A DNA stretch of 40,792 bases from Octopus bimaculoides (taxonomy: Eukaryota). The stretch spans positions 7,401,584 through 7,442,375 of the forward strand of contig NC_068995.1 in the NCBI RefSeq assembly GCF_001194135.2, read 5' to 3'. The translations under genes were made by a program, and so were the position numbers. Below the pieces are notes generated by a model. It had not been told where the DNA came from. It was given only the letters and a program-made list of their open reading frames with translations, and made no database searches. This document shows positions 12,777 to 25,245 of the stretch, one piece after another (the first letter of the stretch is position 1; every line of letters starts with the position of its first letter).

Positions 12777-13545
12777 NNNNNNNNNNNNNNNNNNNNNNNN
12801 NNNNNNNNNNNNNNNNNNNNNNNNNNNNNNNNNNNNNNNNNNNNNNNNNNNNNNNNNNNNNNNNNNNNNNNNNNNNNNNNNNNNNNNNNNNNNNNNNNNN
12901 NNNNNNNNNNNNNNNNNNNNNNNNNNNNNNNNNNNNNNNNNNNNNNNNNNNNNNNNNNNNNNNNNNNNNNNNNNNNNNNNNNNNNNNNNNNNNNNNNNNN
13001 NNNNNNNNNNNNNNNNNNNNNNNNNNNNNNNNNNNNNNNNNNNNNNNNNNNNNNNNNNNNNNNNNNNNNNNNNNNNNNNNNNNNNNNNNNNNNNNNNNNN
13101 NNNNNNNNNNNNNNNNNNNNNNNNNNNNNNNNNNNNNNNNNNNNNNNNNNNNNNNNNNNNNNNNNNNNNNNNNNNNNNNNNNNNNNNNNNNNNNNNNNNN
13201 NNNNNNNNNNNNATATATATGATATATATATGTATGTGTGTGTATGTACACACACACACACACGCACACACACACATGCATATATAAAATCTCCCGCGCA
13301 TTTAAATTGGAATTGTATTAAAACTTTACGGAGATAAGATATTTAATATATTTAGATGTAATGTGTTATTAAATCTACAAGGCTGTTAATCTTACAATTC
13401 CCTTTGTTTATTTTAATGCATTCAAACACCTATGTGCAAACGTAGCACGATTTTCCTCATCATCATCATCATCATCATCTTCATCATCATCGTTGTCGTC
13501 GTTATCGTCAGCAGCGTCATCTTTGCCTTCGGTTTCAAGCAAAAC

Positions 13546-14021
13546 TTGCAGACATGGCCTGAGAGATAGTGTCCTATGCTCTACCCTCTCAAACGGGTTG
13601 GCCATTAAACCGTCTTTATGTGATAACCACCAGATACAATAAGACCGACTACCTCTTCTTGCACAAAGAAGAGCGGAAAGATTTTGACAAAGGAACGGGC
13701 TGACAACTCTTTGCGTCTTCCTCAGCCATATACAGACATACTTACACAGACTGACACACCCCAACTGGATCCCAGAACTGCTCACATACAAATACCAACA
13801 CACGTATTCCTGGCAATGCAAAAATGCGTGAATGAAGGACCATAGAAGCCACGGTTGCTCAATCTGTCATGAATAGCAACCAGACATTCTGAAATCTTAC
13901 TATATAACGTAAATGACCGTTGCAGACATTAAAGATGCCTTAGTCTGAGAGATAAGGTCCTGTCCTCCACTGTCTCAAACTGGTTCGCCATTGAATCATC
14001 TTTACGTCATAACCACCAGAT
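13546..14021. repeat. Diverged direct repeat pair (13546-13635 and 13920-14021)
   Basis: Both copies read TTGCAGACAT...CTGAGAGATA..GTCCT....C.AC..TCTCAAAC.GGTT.GCCATT.AA.C.TCTTTA.GT.ATAACCACCAGAT; the second has a ~12-nt insertion. Confidence 0.8.
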
Positions 14022-14718
14022 GAACTATTCTCGGAATATAAAAATCGGAATGTCACAATTTGAACGCTTTTGATCACAGATATCCTGGAAGACTTGAGGG
14101 TTATTAGTTAAACTAGTATTTGCTTGTAGGGTAAGACTATGGGGATTGAAAACGGGGCGGAAGCTGATGCCTTATTTCAGCAAATGAATACAGTTTTCAA
14201 AATATCAAACATGGTGAAGGTAGAAATGATAGACTTACCAATTCCATTTTGTTTCCTTAGTAAAGAGGCGAATAAGTTATTAGAAAAATTTTGTGGGGGG
14301 AAGCTTGGTATTAGACATGACACACCGAGTTAGAAAAAAGCAGAAATCTGTAAAGGTTAAACAAATTCTGGAAAGAACTCATAAATTGCGTACTGCTCCG
14401 TTTGGGAAGAAACCCCTGCTTAAAGTCGTCGAGAGGAGGAGAAAAAATATAGAATTCTCTTAATTAACTTTATCGAATGGCTAAAGAATTCACTGACAAT
14501 GTTCGAGATAAACGGCTGGTTGCTTCTTAACGTGTGGAATTGTCAAATTTCGCTGCCAAAATCTGATATTTATTCGGAAATGTCTCGTATCATATCAGTA
14601 GTTCCGGCAGAGAACGAATATATTCTAGAGGTGTTTGTTTGAGTCGTTTGATCAGCAGGCTTATCTCATTTGACCTTTGAACAGGATTCTTCAACCATAT
14701 GATAAACGTAATAACAGT

Positions 14719-14750
<32 letters not shown>

Positions 14751-14967
14751 CATTCATGTATACATACAAATATAAATTCATACACACATACATACACTAG
14801 TACGTACGTACTTACTTTCAAGTATACATACTTATGTACATACGTAAATATATACATGCACATACCTTAATATATATGCTTGTACAGACAGACACAAGGA
14901 CAGACATGTCTCTTCTCCCTTTTTGTATCTATCTATCTGTCTGTCTGCGTATACACACACACACACG

Positions 14968-15012
<45 letters not shown>

Positions 15013-15219
15013 GTATATTGTTCAAATTTACAGGAAACACGAGACGAAGGCGGGTGAGCAAACAACAAGAGTGTGTATCAGTTTGACGGTCGGAAAGAAT
15101 GGAAAAGTCTTTGACGTTTCGAACATCCTCTCTTCTACAGAACGAGATGAGAGTAAAAAAATCGAGAGAGATAATTGTCATATTGTCATTCTCGGAATAA
15201 TTTTCTGGTGTTATGCCCT

Positions 15220-15502
15220 TTATCTTTTACTTGACCCAGTGATAGTACTGCGGCGATGCTCGAGCTACCTCTTGGATGATTTAATCGATCGCAATACATA
15301 TTCTTAAGTTTGATCTAAATCTTTCGTCAAACCGTTAAGTTATGAGGTCATAAGAAACATTACGTCTATTGTCAAGCGAGGATGGAGAACAAATATAACC
15401 CCCCCCCACACACACACATACATAGAGTGCCACGTAGTGGAATTGAAACCCGAACCATGTGCTTGGGAAGAAAACTTCTTATCACTTAGCCACGCCTGCG
15501 CC
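15220..15502 (-). mobile_element. SINE family C, internally deleted: tRNA-like head (15423-15502) plus 3' body (15220-15400)
   Basis: Reverse-complement head GGCGCAGGCGTGGCTAAGTGATAAG...GGTTCGGGTTTCAATTCCACTACGTGGCAC. The body ends AAGTAAAAGATA and is homologous to the 5900, 19231 and 20443 copies. Confidence 0.7.
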
Positions 15503-15648
15503 TATGTCTGTATATGCATTATATATGTTTATATTCATTTTTGATCGGATGATTAAATATTAGAAACAGTAAATTATGGAAGACAGTTACGATCCATCTG
15601 TGTGCATGCCACATGTCTGTGTGTGAATGTGTGTGTGTGTGTGTGTTT

Positions 15649-15705
<57 letters not shown>

Positions 15706-16030
15706 TTAATATTGTTTCAAAACTGGTTAGTGTGAATGGGATGACGGTTGGATGTTAAAAACAGCAATTATTGAAGATAGCAAGAAGAGAGAAACAAAAT
15801 CAACAATAACAGCAAAATACGAAAGATTGATTGCCGAAATGTATTCGACAGCAAAGCTCACTAATGGATATTAGAGACAACAACCTATAAACAAAACTGC
15901 TCCTATAAATATTAAGGCAGCATCTTAAACCTTTCACGTCAAAATAGGAAACATTTGTTACATTACAATATAAAGATATGATGTAAAGCTAAGGAAAACT
16001 TGTTCAATGCGAGAATAAAACGCCTTGTTC

Positions 16031-16586
16031 TCGTCTTCTATATTGTTTAGCTTCGACTCCATTTGCGGATTGACGCTAGTAATAAACGTATATGGCATTG
16101 ATAAATTATGAGTCGTTTTCTTCTGTATAGATGATACAAAACTACTTTACTGAGATAAAACCACTTAGAAGCAACTAAAATTTCTATGTGTATTTATTTA
16201 GGATTTTTTAAGTATGATTATCAAACAGCAATAAATATTCGAAAAGAAAACAAATTAATTAGACATTAGATTAAAATCGGAAAATGAATTTTCTACGACT
16301 GGTGCTGTGTATAAGTGCTTGCATGTTTGTAAGAAGTTTTAATAATACGAAGGAATGTAAACTATCAAAGGACGTCATAGAAAAGTTGAATCTTCATATT
16401 TTATTTAATCGAAATGCAAGTTGACTGTGACATCTACGTCTCATCAGCAGCTGCTCGTCAGAATAAAATTATGATAATAAGAACGGCATCCTTTTCAGCC
16501 ATAAAAATGTTTAGGAGTAGATAAAGCTTATAAGATACAACACATGCAAATGAAGGAGAAATTGCAAAAAAAGTATACTAGCTGAC
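16031..16586 (+). mobile_element. Highly decayed Dong/R4-like LINE RT core
   Basis: One frame with many stops reads SSILF...FFCIDDTKLLY...IRLKSENE...YKCLHV, compared with the RT motifs LSPLLF, LYMDDLKLY, I.L..G and YKYLG. Further on, CLGVDKAYKIQHMQMKEKLQKKY resembles YLG.LE...I.H..MKEK..KEY. Confidence 0.5.
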
Positions 16587-17104
16587 AGCTACAATAAGCC
16601 CCATCTTACTTCTTCCGCGAAACATGTTGTTCATATTCTACTAAACGGTATTCAGAGATCACAGCTCCAGTACAAGAGAATGTCGTAAGAAAAAATCGCA
16701 AGACGGATTCTTCAGACTTCGGGGAAGATCAGAAGGAGAGGGTTTGATAATTTCCATAGTTTTGTTGATCAGGCGTGGGAATCTAATTGTGAATCGAGTG
16801 TGTCATAAACAAATTGTTTTTGTAAAGGAAGAGCTGTTTTCCTTTGACGAACACAACCGCAATTAGCATATTCGCGTTCGAATCTGTGGAACATATTAAG
16901 AATCAATGCACAAGTCATCGTTTCGATTCTCGTTGATCACCTCGCATTTGGCGATTTATAATCCGTAATAACGTCACTGGAACAGATAATCTCAACTCTG
17001 TCGCAAGGACTCTCTTGTGCAACGCTTGAACACTGAACAGAAATGTGAATTTTCCAACGCAACAATAAGAAATAGCACCTCAGCCATGAACTATGAAAAT
17101 CATG

Positions 17105-17254
17105 TTTTCTGAGGTCAAATTGCGCTGGAGTCGATTTTACTTTTCTTCCTTTCGGGATCGATAAAGTAAATACCAGTTGAACACTGGGGTTGATGTTATC
17201 GACTTACTCCCTCCTCCGAAAATGCTGGCCTTGTGCCATAATCTTAAATCAATA
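17105..17254 (+). mobile_element. SINE family A, 3' part
   Basis: GTCGATTTTAC..TTCCTTTCGGGATCGATAAAGTAAATACCAGTTGAACACTGGGGTTGATGTTATCGAC matches the family A core. Confidence 0.75.
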
Positions 17255-17391
17255 CAGGTGTACTATATCATGTTACAGTCTTCTGTCTTTCTCTCTCTCT
17301 CTCTCTCTCACTCACACACACACACACACACACACACGCATACACATCATTATTTTACATTCGGCTGTCCTCATTTTATGTTACTTATCAA

Positions 17392-17612
17392 GGCGATGGG
17401 TTGGCAGAAGCGTTAACGTATCAAACCAAATGCTTAGCGATATGTCTTCTGGCTCTTTACGTTCTGAGTTCAAATTCAGTCGAGGTCATCATTGCCTTTT
17501 ATCCTTTTGGAGTCGATAAATTAAATACGAGACGAACACTGAAGTCAATGTTATTGAATGTCACCCTCCGTCAAAATTTCAGGCCTTGTGTATATAATAG
17601 AAAGTATTATTA
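17392..17612 (+). mobile_element. SINE family A, near full length; a further degraded piece at about 17640-17715
   Basis: GGCGATGGGTTGGCAGAAGCGTTAAC...AAATGCTTAGCG...CGTTCTGAGTTCAAATTC...GAGGTC matches the 876 copy. Confidence 0.8.
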
Positions 17613-18261
17613 TCATTCGTTTGTGTGTCGGATAAAATGCTGAACGACAGACATTTCTTCCGGCTGTTTACTTTCGAATTTCAAATTTTCATTCTTTCGA
17701 GCAGATAAAACAAACTCCTGCTGAACAATTGAATCGATGCGATCGTCTTACGCCTCATATTTAAACTACTAGCCATGTTCCAAAAGTCGAAACCATTTCC
17801 TTTTACTCATTCTCAGTACCACTTTTCTGGATTTTTCTTTTTTTGTGTGTGTGTGTAAATGAAGAACAGGCCTGCAACAAGCCAAAAATGTTAAGCAAAT
17901 ACTGCTCTTTGAAGTACTTAAAACATATAAAGGCTGGCTAATTAGTACGATTAGGCTATATGAAGGAATTAAACTAACAAACAAACAACACCAACCAGAA
18001 CAACAACAGACAGACACAATTGTAAAGAGAGAGAGAGAGAGAGAGANNNNNNNNNNNNNNNNNNNNNNNNNNNNNNNNNNNNNNNNNNNNNNNNNNNNNN
18101 NNNNNNNNNNNNNNNNNNNNNNNNNNNNNNNNNNNNNNNNNNNNNNNNNNNNNNNNNNNNNNNNNNNNNNNNNNNNNNNNNNNNNNNNNNNNNNNNNNNN
18201 NNNNNNNNNNNNNNNNNNNNNNNNNNNNNNNNNNNNNNNNNNNNNNNNNNNNNNNNNNNNN

Positions 18262-18326
<65 letters not shown>

Positions 18327-19230
18327 TTGTTTTTTTTATTGTGCACGTCTTTTTTTCTCCTCCTCACGTCATATATTTATTTGTGATAATGTTTTTTTTG
18401 TTTTCTCTCATGTACCATGGAGAACAATTGTAAAGTAAACTATTTTATGCCCCGCAGCAATTACTGGTTTATTAACTCCATTTGTTCAAACCCTTTTATT
18501 TGCGTATATTGAATACACTCCCACATATATTTATGTATGTATACATACATGCATGCATACATACATACATACATACATACATACATGCATACATACATAT
18601 TATATGTATATAAATGTGAAGAGATGTTTACAGTTGTCAGAATTAATAAAATGCTTTGAGCTATTGCTAGAAAGAAAGATGATAAAATACTAGCTACATA
18701 ATTGAAATGAAAATGTTAAAATTATTGATACTGAAAAGAAAAGTAATGTAGACGGGTATAGAAGAAGCAGAAGAGACTCAACGAACACCAAAGCCTACAC
18801 CCATACATAAAAGCATAAAGAAGTTATCGCATAAACACTCGGAATTAACAAGGATGAAAATGAAATATCTAATCGGAGCATCAAAGAATAGAACAACTTT
18901 TGGATATAGGGCTCGGCTTTATCAACTTGAATCGGATTATCTGGGCTAGAGAGCGTGTTTTTATGAATCGAAATCCCCGGGAGACCCAAGATTACAACTT
19001 TGATGAAGGGTGTAAATACTGGATCTGTATATAAATGTAGAGCTAAAAAATACTTAGCAAAACGAAGATAAAAATTCCGTTTATGGTCAGTAATACTCTG
19101 TAAGTTGGGAATGAAACGAAGTAGACCAATACTGAAGTAAACAAGGACTGAAAAGTGCTAGACAAAACGCACAGACGGATGATCTGCCGTAAACCTCAGA
19201 AAATTATTGCCTGGTTTTTCTTCTGTCGCT

Positions 19231-19436
19231 TATCTTCTACTTCTTTCAATCATTTCACTGCGGCCATGCTGGAGCACCGCTTTGAAGAATTTTTAGCCGA
19301 ATGAATTGACTCAACTGCTAATTTGTTTCAAAGCTCGGTACTTATTCTGTCGGTGTCTTTTGCCGAACTATTAAGTTATGAGGACGTAAATACACCAGCA
19401 CTGGTTGTCAAGTGGTAGCAGGGGACAAAAACACAG
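19231..19436 (-). mobile_element. SINE family C 3' body, reverse orientation
   Basis: + strand reads TATCTTCTACTT...CTGCGGCCATGCTGGAGCACCGC...GGTACTTATTC...TTTTGCCGAAC...GGACGTAAA...GGTTGTCAAG. Confidence 0.8.
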
Positions 19437-19508
19437 CGCGCGCGCACACACCCACACGCACCCACACACCACACGCAAGACACATACATATGCATGTATG
19501 TATGTATG

Positions 19509-19539
<31 letters not shown>

Positions 19540-19592
19540 ATATATATATATGTGTGTGTGCATGTATGTATGTATGTATGTATGTATGTATG

Positions 19593-19673
<81 letters not shown>

Positions 19674-19777
19674 ATATTTGCTCCGTTTACTTTATTTCTA
19701 GATTCAAATGAATTTTTTAACAGATGTGGTCTTCGCTATCTTTCTTTGATCATCAATGTTTATGTCAAAGTGTGTGT

Positions 19778-19821
<44 letters not shown>

Positions 19822-20044
19822 GTGCGTGTGTGTGAGTGCGTGCGTGTGTCTATATGAGTGAGTATCTCACCGAATGTTTTTGTGCAGTCACTTATTGATA
19901 TTTTTCAAGTGACCTTATCATCGAGGTCATATCAATCGTTGGTCAATTTGGTTTTTCGAATTCCTAAAAACATTTACTAAGCCCCAGTCTTCCTGTTTCA
20001 TCTACTTTTAAAGCTAAAACATTTGACATTCTGATGAGAGAAAC

Positions 20045-20110
<66 letters not shown>
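20045..20110. repeat. (TAT)n microsatellite about 50 nt upstream of the 38-nt exon acceptor
   Basis: Direct reading. Confidence 0.95.
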
Positions 20111-20111
<1 letters not shown>

Positions 20112-20160
20112 TCACGCACAGATCGATTATTAAATGTTGTTCTCATGTATTTCTTTACAG

Positions 20161-20198
20161 GGATAGAATGGATGCATGATGATCTGAGGAAAAATTAT
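20161..20198 (+). CDS. PCSK1: Convertase 38-nt microexon: (G)IEWMHDDLRKNY
   Basis: Acceptor ttctttacAG|GG; donor TAT|GTAAGT; phase 1/0. It completes the G codon left by the previous exon and matches G.E.NH.DL..NY. Confidence 0.92.
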
Positions 20199-20442
20199 GT
20201 AAGTAATATTTGCTATACTGATACACCAAAAGAGTTTAGCGAGAGCTTTTCACATACGCGCGCACACACACACACACACTCACACACACACACACACACA
20301 TACACACCCCGTATATGTACTTTCATACAGACATATTCAAACATGGCGCGACTGTGTGATAAGATGCCTGCTTCTCTATCAATTGGTTCTGAGTGTTATT
20401 GTCTATATGTTCCTCTGAACCATCGCTCGATGGTGATGGCTT

Positions 20443-20598
20443 GTTTACGTCCAAGTAAAATGACGCTTTAGTAAAAGAAAACAGTAGACTTAGTACTAGG
20501 CTTAATTCAAAGAACGGGTGTCCATTTGTTCGGCTAAACCCTTGAGGGCAATACTCCAGCATGGACGTAGTCCAGTGACTGAAAACGAGTAAAAAATA
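20443..20598 (+). mobile_element. SINE family C 3' body, inverted relative to the 19231 copy
   Basis: GTTTACGTCC...AGTACTAGG...TTCGGCTAAA...CTCCAGCATGG...GACTGAAA..AGTAAAA aligns by eye with the reverse complement of 19231-19390. Confidence 0.75.
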
Positions 20599-20754
20599 CC
20601 TAAGTATATGTATGCGTGTATAAATGTATATATCTGTGTGTGTGTGCGTGCGTGCGTTCATATATATAATGCATGCGTGCCTGTGTGTATCTGCATTTTC
20701 ACACATACACACATATATAAACATGCATATATACATAGATATAATGTATGTGCA

Positions 20755-20790
<36 letters not shown>

Positions 20791-21317
20791 TGAGTGAGTG
20801 TGTGTGTGTNNNNNNNNNNNNNNNNNNNNNNNNNNNNNNNNNNNNNNNNNNNNNNNNNNNNNNNNNNNNNNNNNNNNNNNNNNNNNNNNNNNNNNNNNNN
20901 NNNNNNNNNNNNNNNNNNNNNNNNNNNNNNNNNNNNNNNNNNNNNNNNNNNNNNNNNNNNNNNNNNNNNNNNNNNNNNNNNNNNNNNNNNNNNNNNNNNN
21001 NNNNNNNNNNNNNNNNNNNNNNNNNNNNNNNNNNNNNNNNNNNNNNNNNNNNNNNNNNNNNNNNNNNNNNNNNNNNNNNNNNNNNNNNNNNNNNNNNNNN
21101 NNNNNNNNNNNNNNNNNNNNNNNNNNNNNNNNNNNNNNNNNNNNNNNNNNNNNNNNNNNNNNNNNNNNNNNNNNNNNNNNNNNNNNNNNNNNNNNNNNNN
21201 NNNNNNNNNNNNNNNNNNNNNNNNNNNNNNNNNNNNNNNNNNNNNNNNNNNNNNNNNNNNNNNNNNNNNNNNNNNNNNNNNNNNNNNNNNNNNNNNNNNN
21301 NNNNNNNNNNNNNNNNN

Positions 21318-21363
<46 letters not shown>

Positions 21364-21666
21364 GCATACACACGCATGCACACACACGCATCAACATTCC
21401 CGCACACGCACGTGCACATATAACTGCATGTATGTTTATATGTGTATATATATATATATATATATCTGTGTGTGTTTGTGTGTGTTGGACTTGTTATTTC
21501 GTCCCTCATTAAAAGCCACTAGTTTAATTAACACTGTTTCCATTCTATAATTAATAATGTTGAGTGAAACAGCAAACATCCAGCGTCGGTGAACCACACA
21601 GCCATCCAACAGGCCTACGCATACACAGACGCAAACACACCCAGAAATACCTACAGACACGCACAC

Positions 21667-21701
<35 letters not shown>

Positions 21702-22193
21702 AATGCACATATACTTGTATAAACTCGTAAACGCTCAAGCATTATTAAACACACAGACGGTAACATAATTACACACAGAAACACACACAGGAAAACAAGC
21801 ATGGCCTCAAAATCCACACGCAGATTTCCACAATCACATGAAAGACTGAAAGTACACAATTGAAATAAGCATAGAAACACAAAAGTAGACACACATATAC
21901 AAACACACACATATACACAAATACATGGATGCACACACAGACACACACAGAGATACACACACACAGATACACACACAGAGATACACACAGAGAGATACAC
22001 ATGCTCACACAAAAACAAAAGAGAAGACGGCTTCCAATAAATATTTCAAACAGTTAAAACAGCAGAATTACCAATAAATGGAGAGAGAGAAGGAAAGAGA
22101 GAGAAACGGGGGAGAGAAAGAGAGAGAGAGAGGGGGAGGAGAGAAAGGCAGCGATGGAAACAGGAGGAGTGAAAGAGAGAGCGAAGAGGAACG

Positions 22194-22256
<63 letters not shown>

Positions 22257-23188
22257 GCACAAATAACAACACTAACAAGAGCAACAACAACAGCAATAAT
22301 AATAATAATAATAATGATAATATTAGTAATAATAATAATTATTATTATATTAATAATAACAATAATAGTATGTATGTATGTGATAATATATTTATTGCAT
22401 GGTGATAATGCAGTAATATGCATATAGGTCACCGCAAACATGCCCTCTAGTTTCACTTTCAACATAGCTCAAATGATGTATTATAATAGCCGGGTCCGTC
22501 ATGTACTTAATGTAAAGATATGACGCAGAGAGCGTACGAAAGAAAGCGAGAGGGGGAGACTTGAGAAAAAGAAAGGGAAAAAAACACAGTGAGAGAGACA
22601 AACAGAGAGATGGGATGTTTAGAAAGAAGAAGGCAGAGAGAGAGAGAGACAGAAGTGGAAGAGACAAAGTGAGTGGGAAGCAAACGATGAATGAAAGTTT
22701 TCTTTAATAAGGAGCACATAGAATCATTCTTGCTGACCCTTGAAAATATTGGTAAGGATTGGAATACGTGGGTTGAACGGGTGTTAACTTTGGGGTGACA
22801 TTTCGAGTATCTTAGGATTGATTTATTGTATTTTTATTTTATGAAATGTGGGTGGAAGTTTTAGGATCTGAGTAAAAAAAACAAAAATGTAGTTTTTGAG
22901 CTAATTAATATTTTCTGTGAATTTGTAGGGGCGTGCAGGAGCCTACACACGCACACAAACACACACACACACATACACACGCACACACTTACAAACACAT
23001 AAACATATACACGCATATGCACACACATAAACACAGACAAAAGCACAGACATATATGCATATACCTGTATGGATACGTCGGTTTACGTACATACGCTCAT
23101 GCAAACACAAGCAAATACGCAGAAAATATCTCATTGTACCCAATGCAGATATAGTTATACACACATAGATACATACATACATACATAC

Positions 23189-23240
<52 letters not shown>

Positions 23241-23778
23241 GTTCATGTGTGGGGATGTATGTCCTTGTACATGTTTTAGTGTTTGTATGAGTGTGTATGT
23301 ATGTAAGTATGTAGGTACGTATGTATATATGTATGTATCTATATATGTATGCATGTGTGTTTGTGTCTGTCTGTCTGTATGTATGTATGTGTCTGCCCGA
23401 ATGCAAGTCACTATGTGACCGTGTCTGTGTGCGTATATGTGCGTCTGTGTGTGTGAATGTGTGTATGTATGTATGTGGAGAACGGTTGTGTGTGGGTGCC
23501 ATGACATTTAAAATACACATTAACATGTAAGAAAGGAAATAATGTAGCGTTTGTTTAAAATTTTTTGTAATTTTTTTTTAGGATTTCTTTGATAATTTCA
23601 ATTTTATTTCATATAATGTTATATTACATTTTTATTGCTTATACCACTAACAATACATTTTATTTTAATTATTTATTTATTCATTTTTGTTTCGGGGAAT
23701 AGTAAATAATTGTTTCACTACTGAGAGTGGAAATTAAAATGGAATTGGAAAATATTAATCACTTTTAATTGCATATAA

Positions 23779-23849
<71 letters not shown>

Positions 23850-24606
23850 NNNNNNNNNNNNNNNNNNNNNNNNNNNNNNNNNNNNNNNNNNNNNNNNNNN
23901 NNNNNNNNNNNNNNNNNNNNNNNNNNNNNNNNNNNNNNNNNNNNNNNNNNNNNNNNNNNNNNNNNNNNNNNNNNNNNNNNNNNNNNNNNNNNNNNNNNNN
24001 NNNNNNNNNNNNNNNNNNNNNNNNNNNNNNNNNNNNNNNNNNNNNNNNNNNNNNNNNNNNNNNNNNNNNNNNNNNNNNNNNNNNNNNNNNNNNNNNNNNN
24101 NNNNNNNNNNNNNTATATACATATAAGTATGTATGTATATATATATGTGGAAATATTTACATATATAAATCTGCCTATATATACGCTTACACATACCCTC
24201 ATATATCCCCTCGTGCACACACAAACACTCACAGGAATGTTTAAATTAAAATCAAACAGAATATTCAATAAGAGTGACAGAATATAGTGTTACAAGAATA
24301 TTGTCGAAAACATTAACACAATCGTTTTGTTTTCATGTAGTTAATGTGGATATAATGGTCTATCTCAGCACGTCTAACTTCCTCCAGCGTCTGTCTGTCT
24401 TTCTGTCTGCATGTCTGTCTTTGTGTCTGCCTATTTGTCAATCTATCTATTTCTTTAGCTGAGTGTTTGTCTATCTGTTTATCTGTCTATCTCCCTGCTA
24501 TCTTACACTTTCTCGTTCCTTACGCGTGTATATATATATATATATATATNNNNNNNNNNNNNNNNNNNNNNNNNNNNNNNNNNNNNNNNNNNNNNNNNNN
24601 NNNNNN

Positions 24607-24644
<38 letters not shown>

Positions 24645-25168
24645 GAGTGAGAGAGGGAGAGAGAGAGAGATGAATAGATAGGTAGATAGATAAATATATA
24701 GATAGATTGATGGATATACACATATATACATACAAATATATGTAAATATATATGTATATACATACACACACACACACGTATAATATATGTACATAGGTAT
24801 GTATATATATGTTGCCTTTCTCGTTCGTTTTCTTTCTTTCTCATATTGTGTATAGATGTATATTGTGTATAGATGTATATTGTGTATAAATGTATTTGTG
24901 CATGGATGCATTCCCTATATGTAAGAGCTGGGATGACTAATCTAAACGGTTACGAACAAGGTTTTCCAGAGAACTAACGATACTTGACTTGTTGAATTTT
25001 TGAAAATATTTCTAGGATATCGCATATGTTTGTGAATTGCCTCCCTTAATTATGTCATCTTCCTATCTGACACAAGTGAATATCATACCATTGATAGATC
25101 AAATGAACTAGTGGTTAATCTTGTTACCAGTCGTTTATTACTTATGATATGCTGTCTGATTACTGTAG

Positions 25169-25245
25169 GACCCTAAAGCCAGTGGTGATTTGAACGATAA
25201 CGACGAGGACCCAAGACCACGTTATGATCCATCCAATGAAAACAA
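25169..25245 (+). CDS. PCSK1: Convertase exon: DPKASGDLNDNDEDPRPRYDPSNEN(K)
   Basis: Acceptor actgtAG|GAC; donor AA|GTAAGT; 77 nt, phase 0/2. Closely resembles PC1 [26 protein letters not shown]. Confidence 0.96.

Noticed and set aside
13408-13821. 137-aa minus-strand ORF ending in an acidic DDE tract
   Set aside because: The acidic part is a (CAT)n microsatellite, and the remainder overlaps the direct-repeat region with no recognisable domain.
14139-14333. 64-aa ORF MGIENGAEADALF... as a nested gene
   Set aside because: It is short with no recognisable motif or splice context. It may be TE-derived but I cannot assign it.
24844-24894. 17-bp unit TATTGTGTATAGATGTA x3
   Set aside because: Ordinary low-complexity minisatellite in a TA/TG-rich tract.
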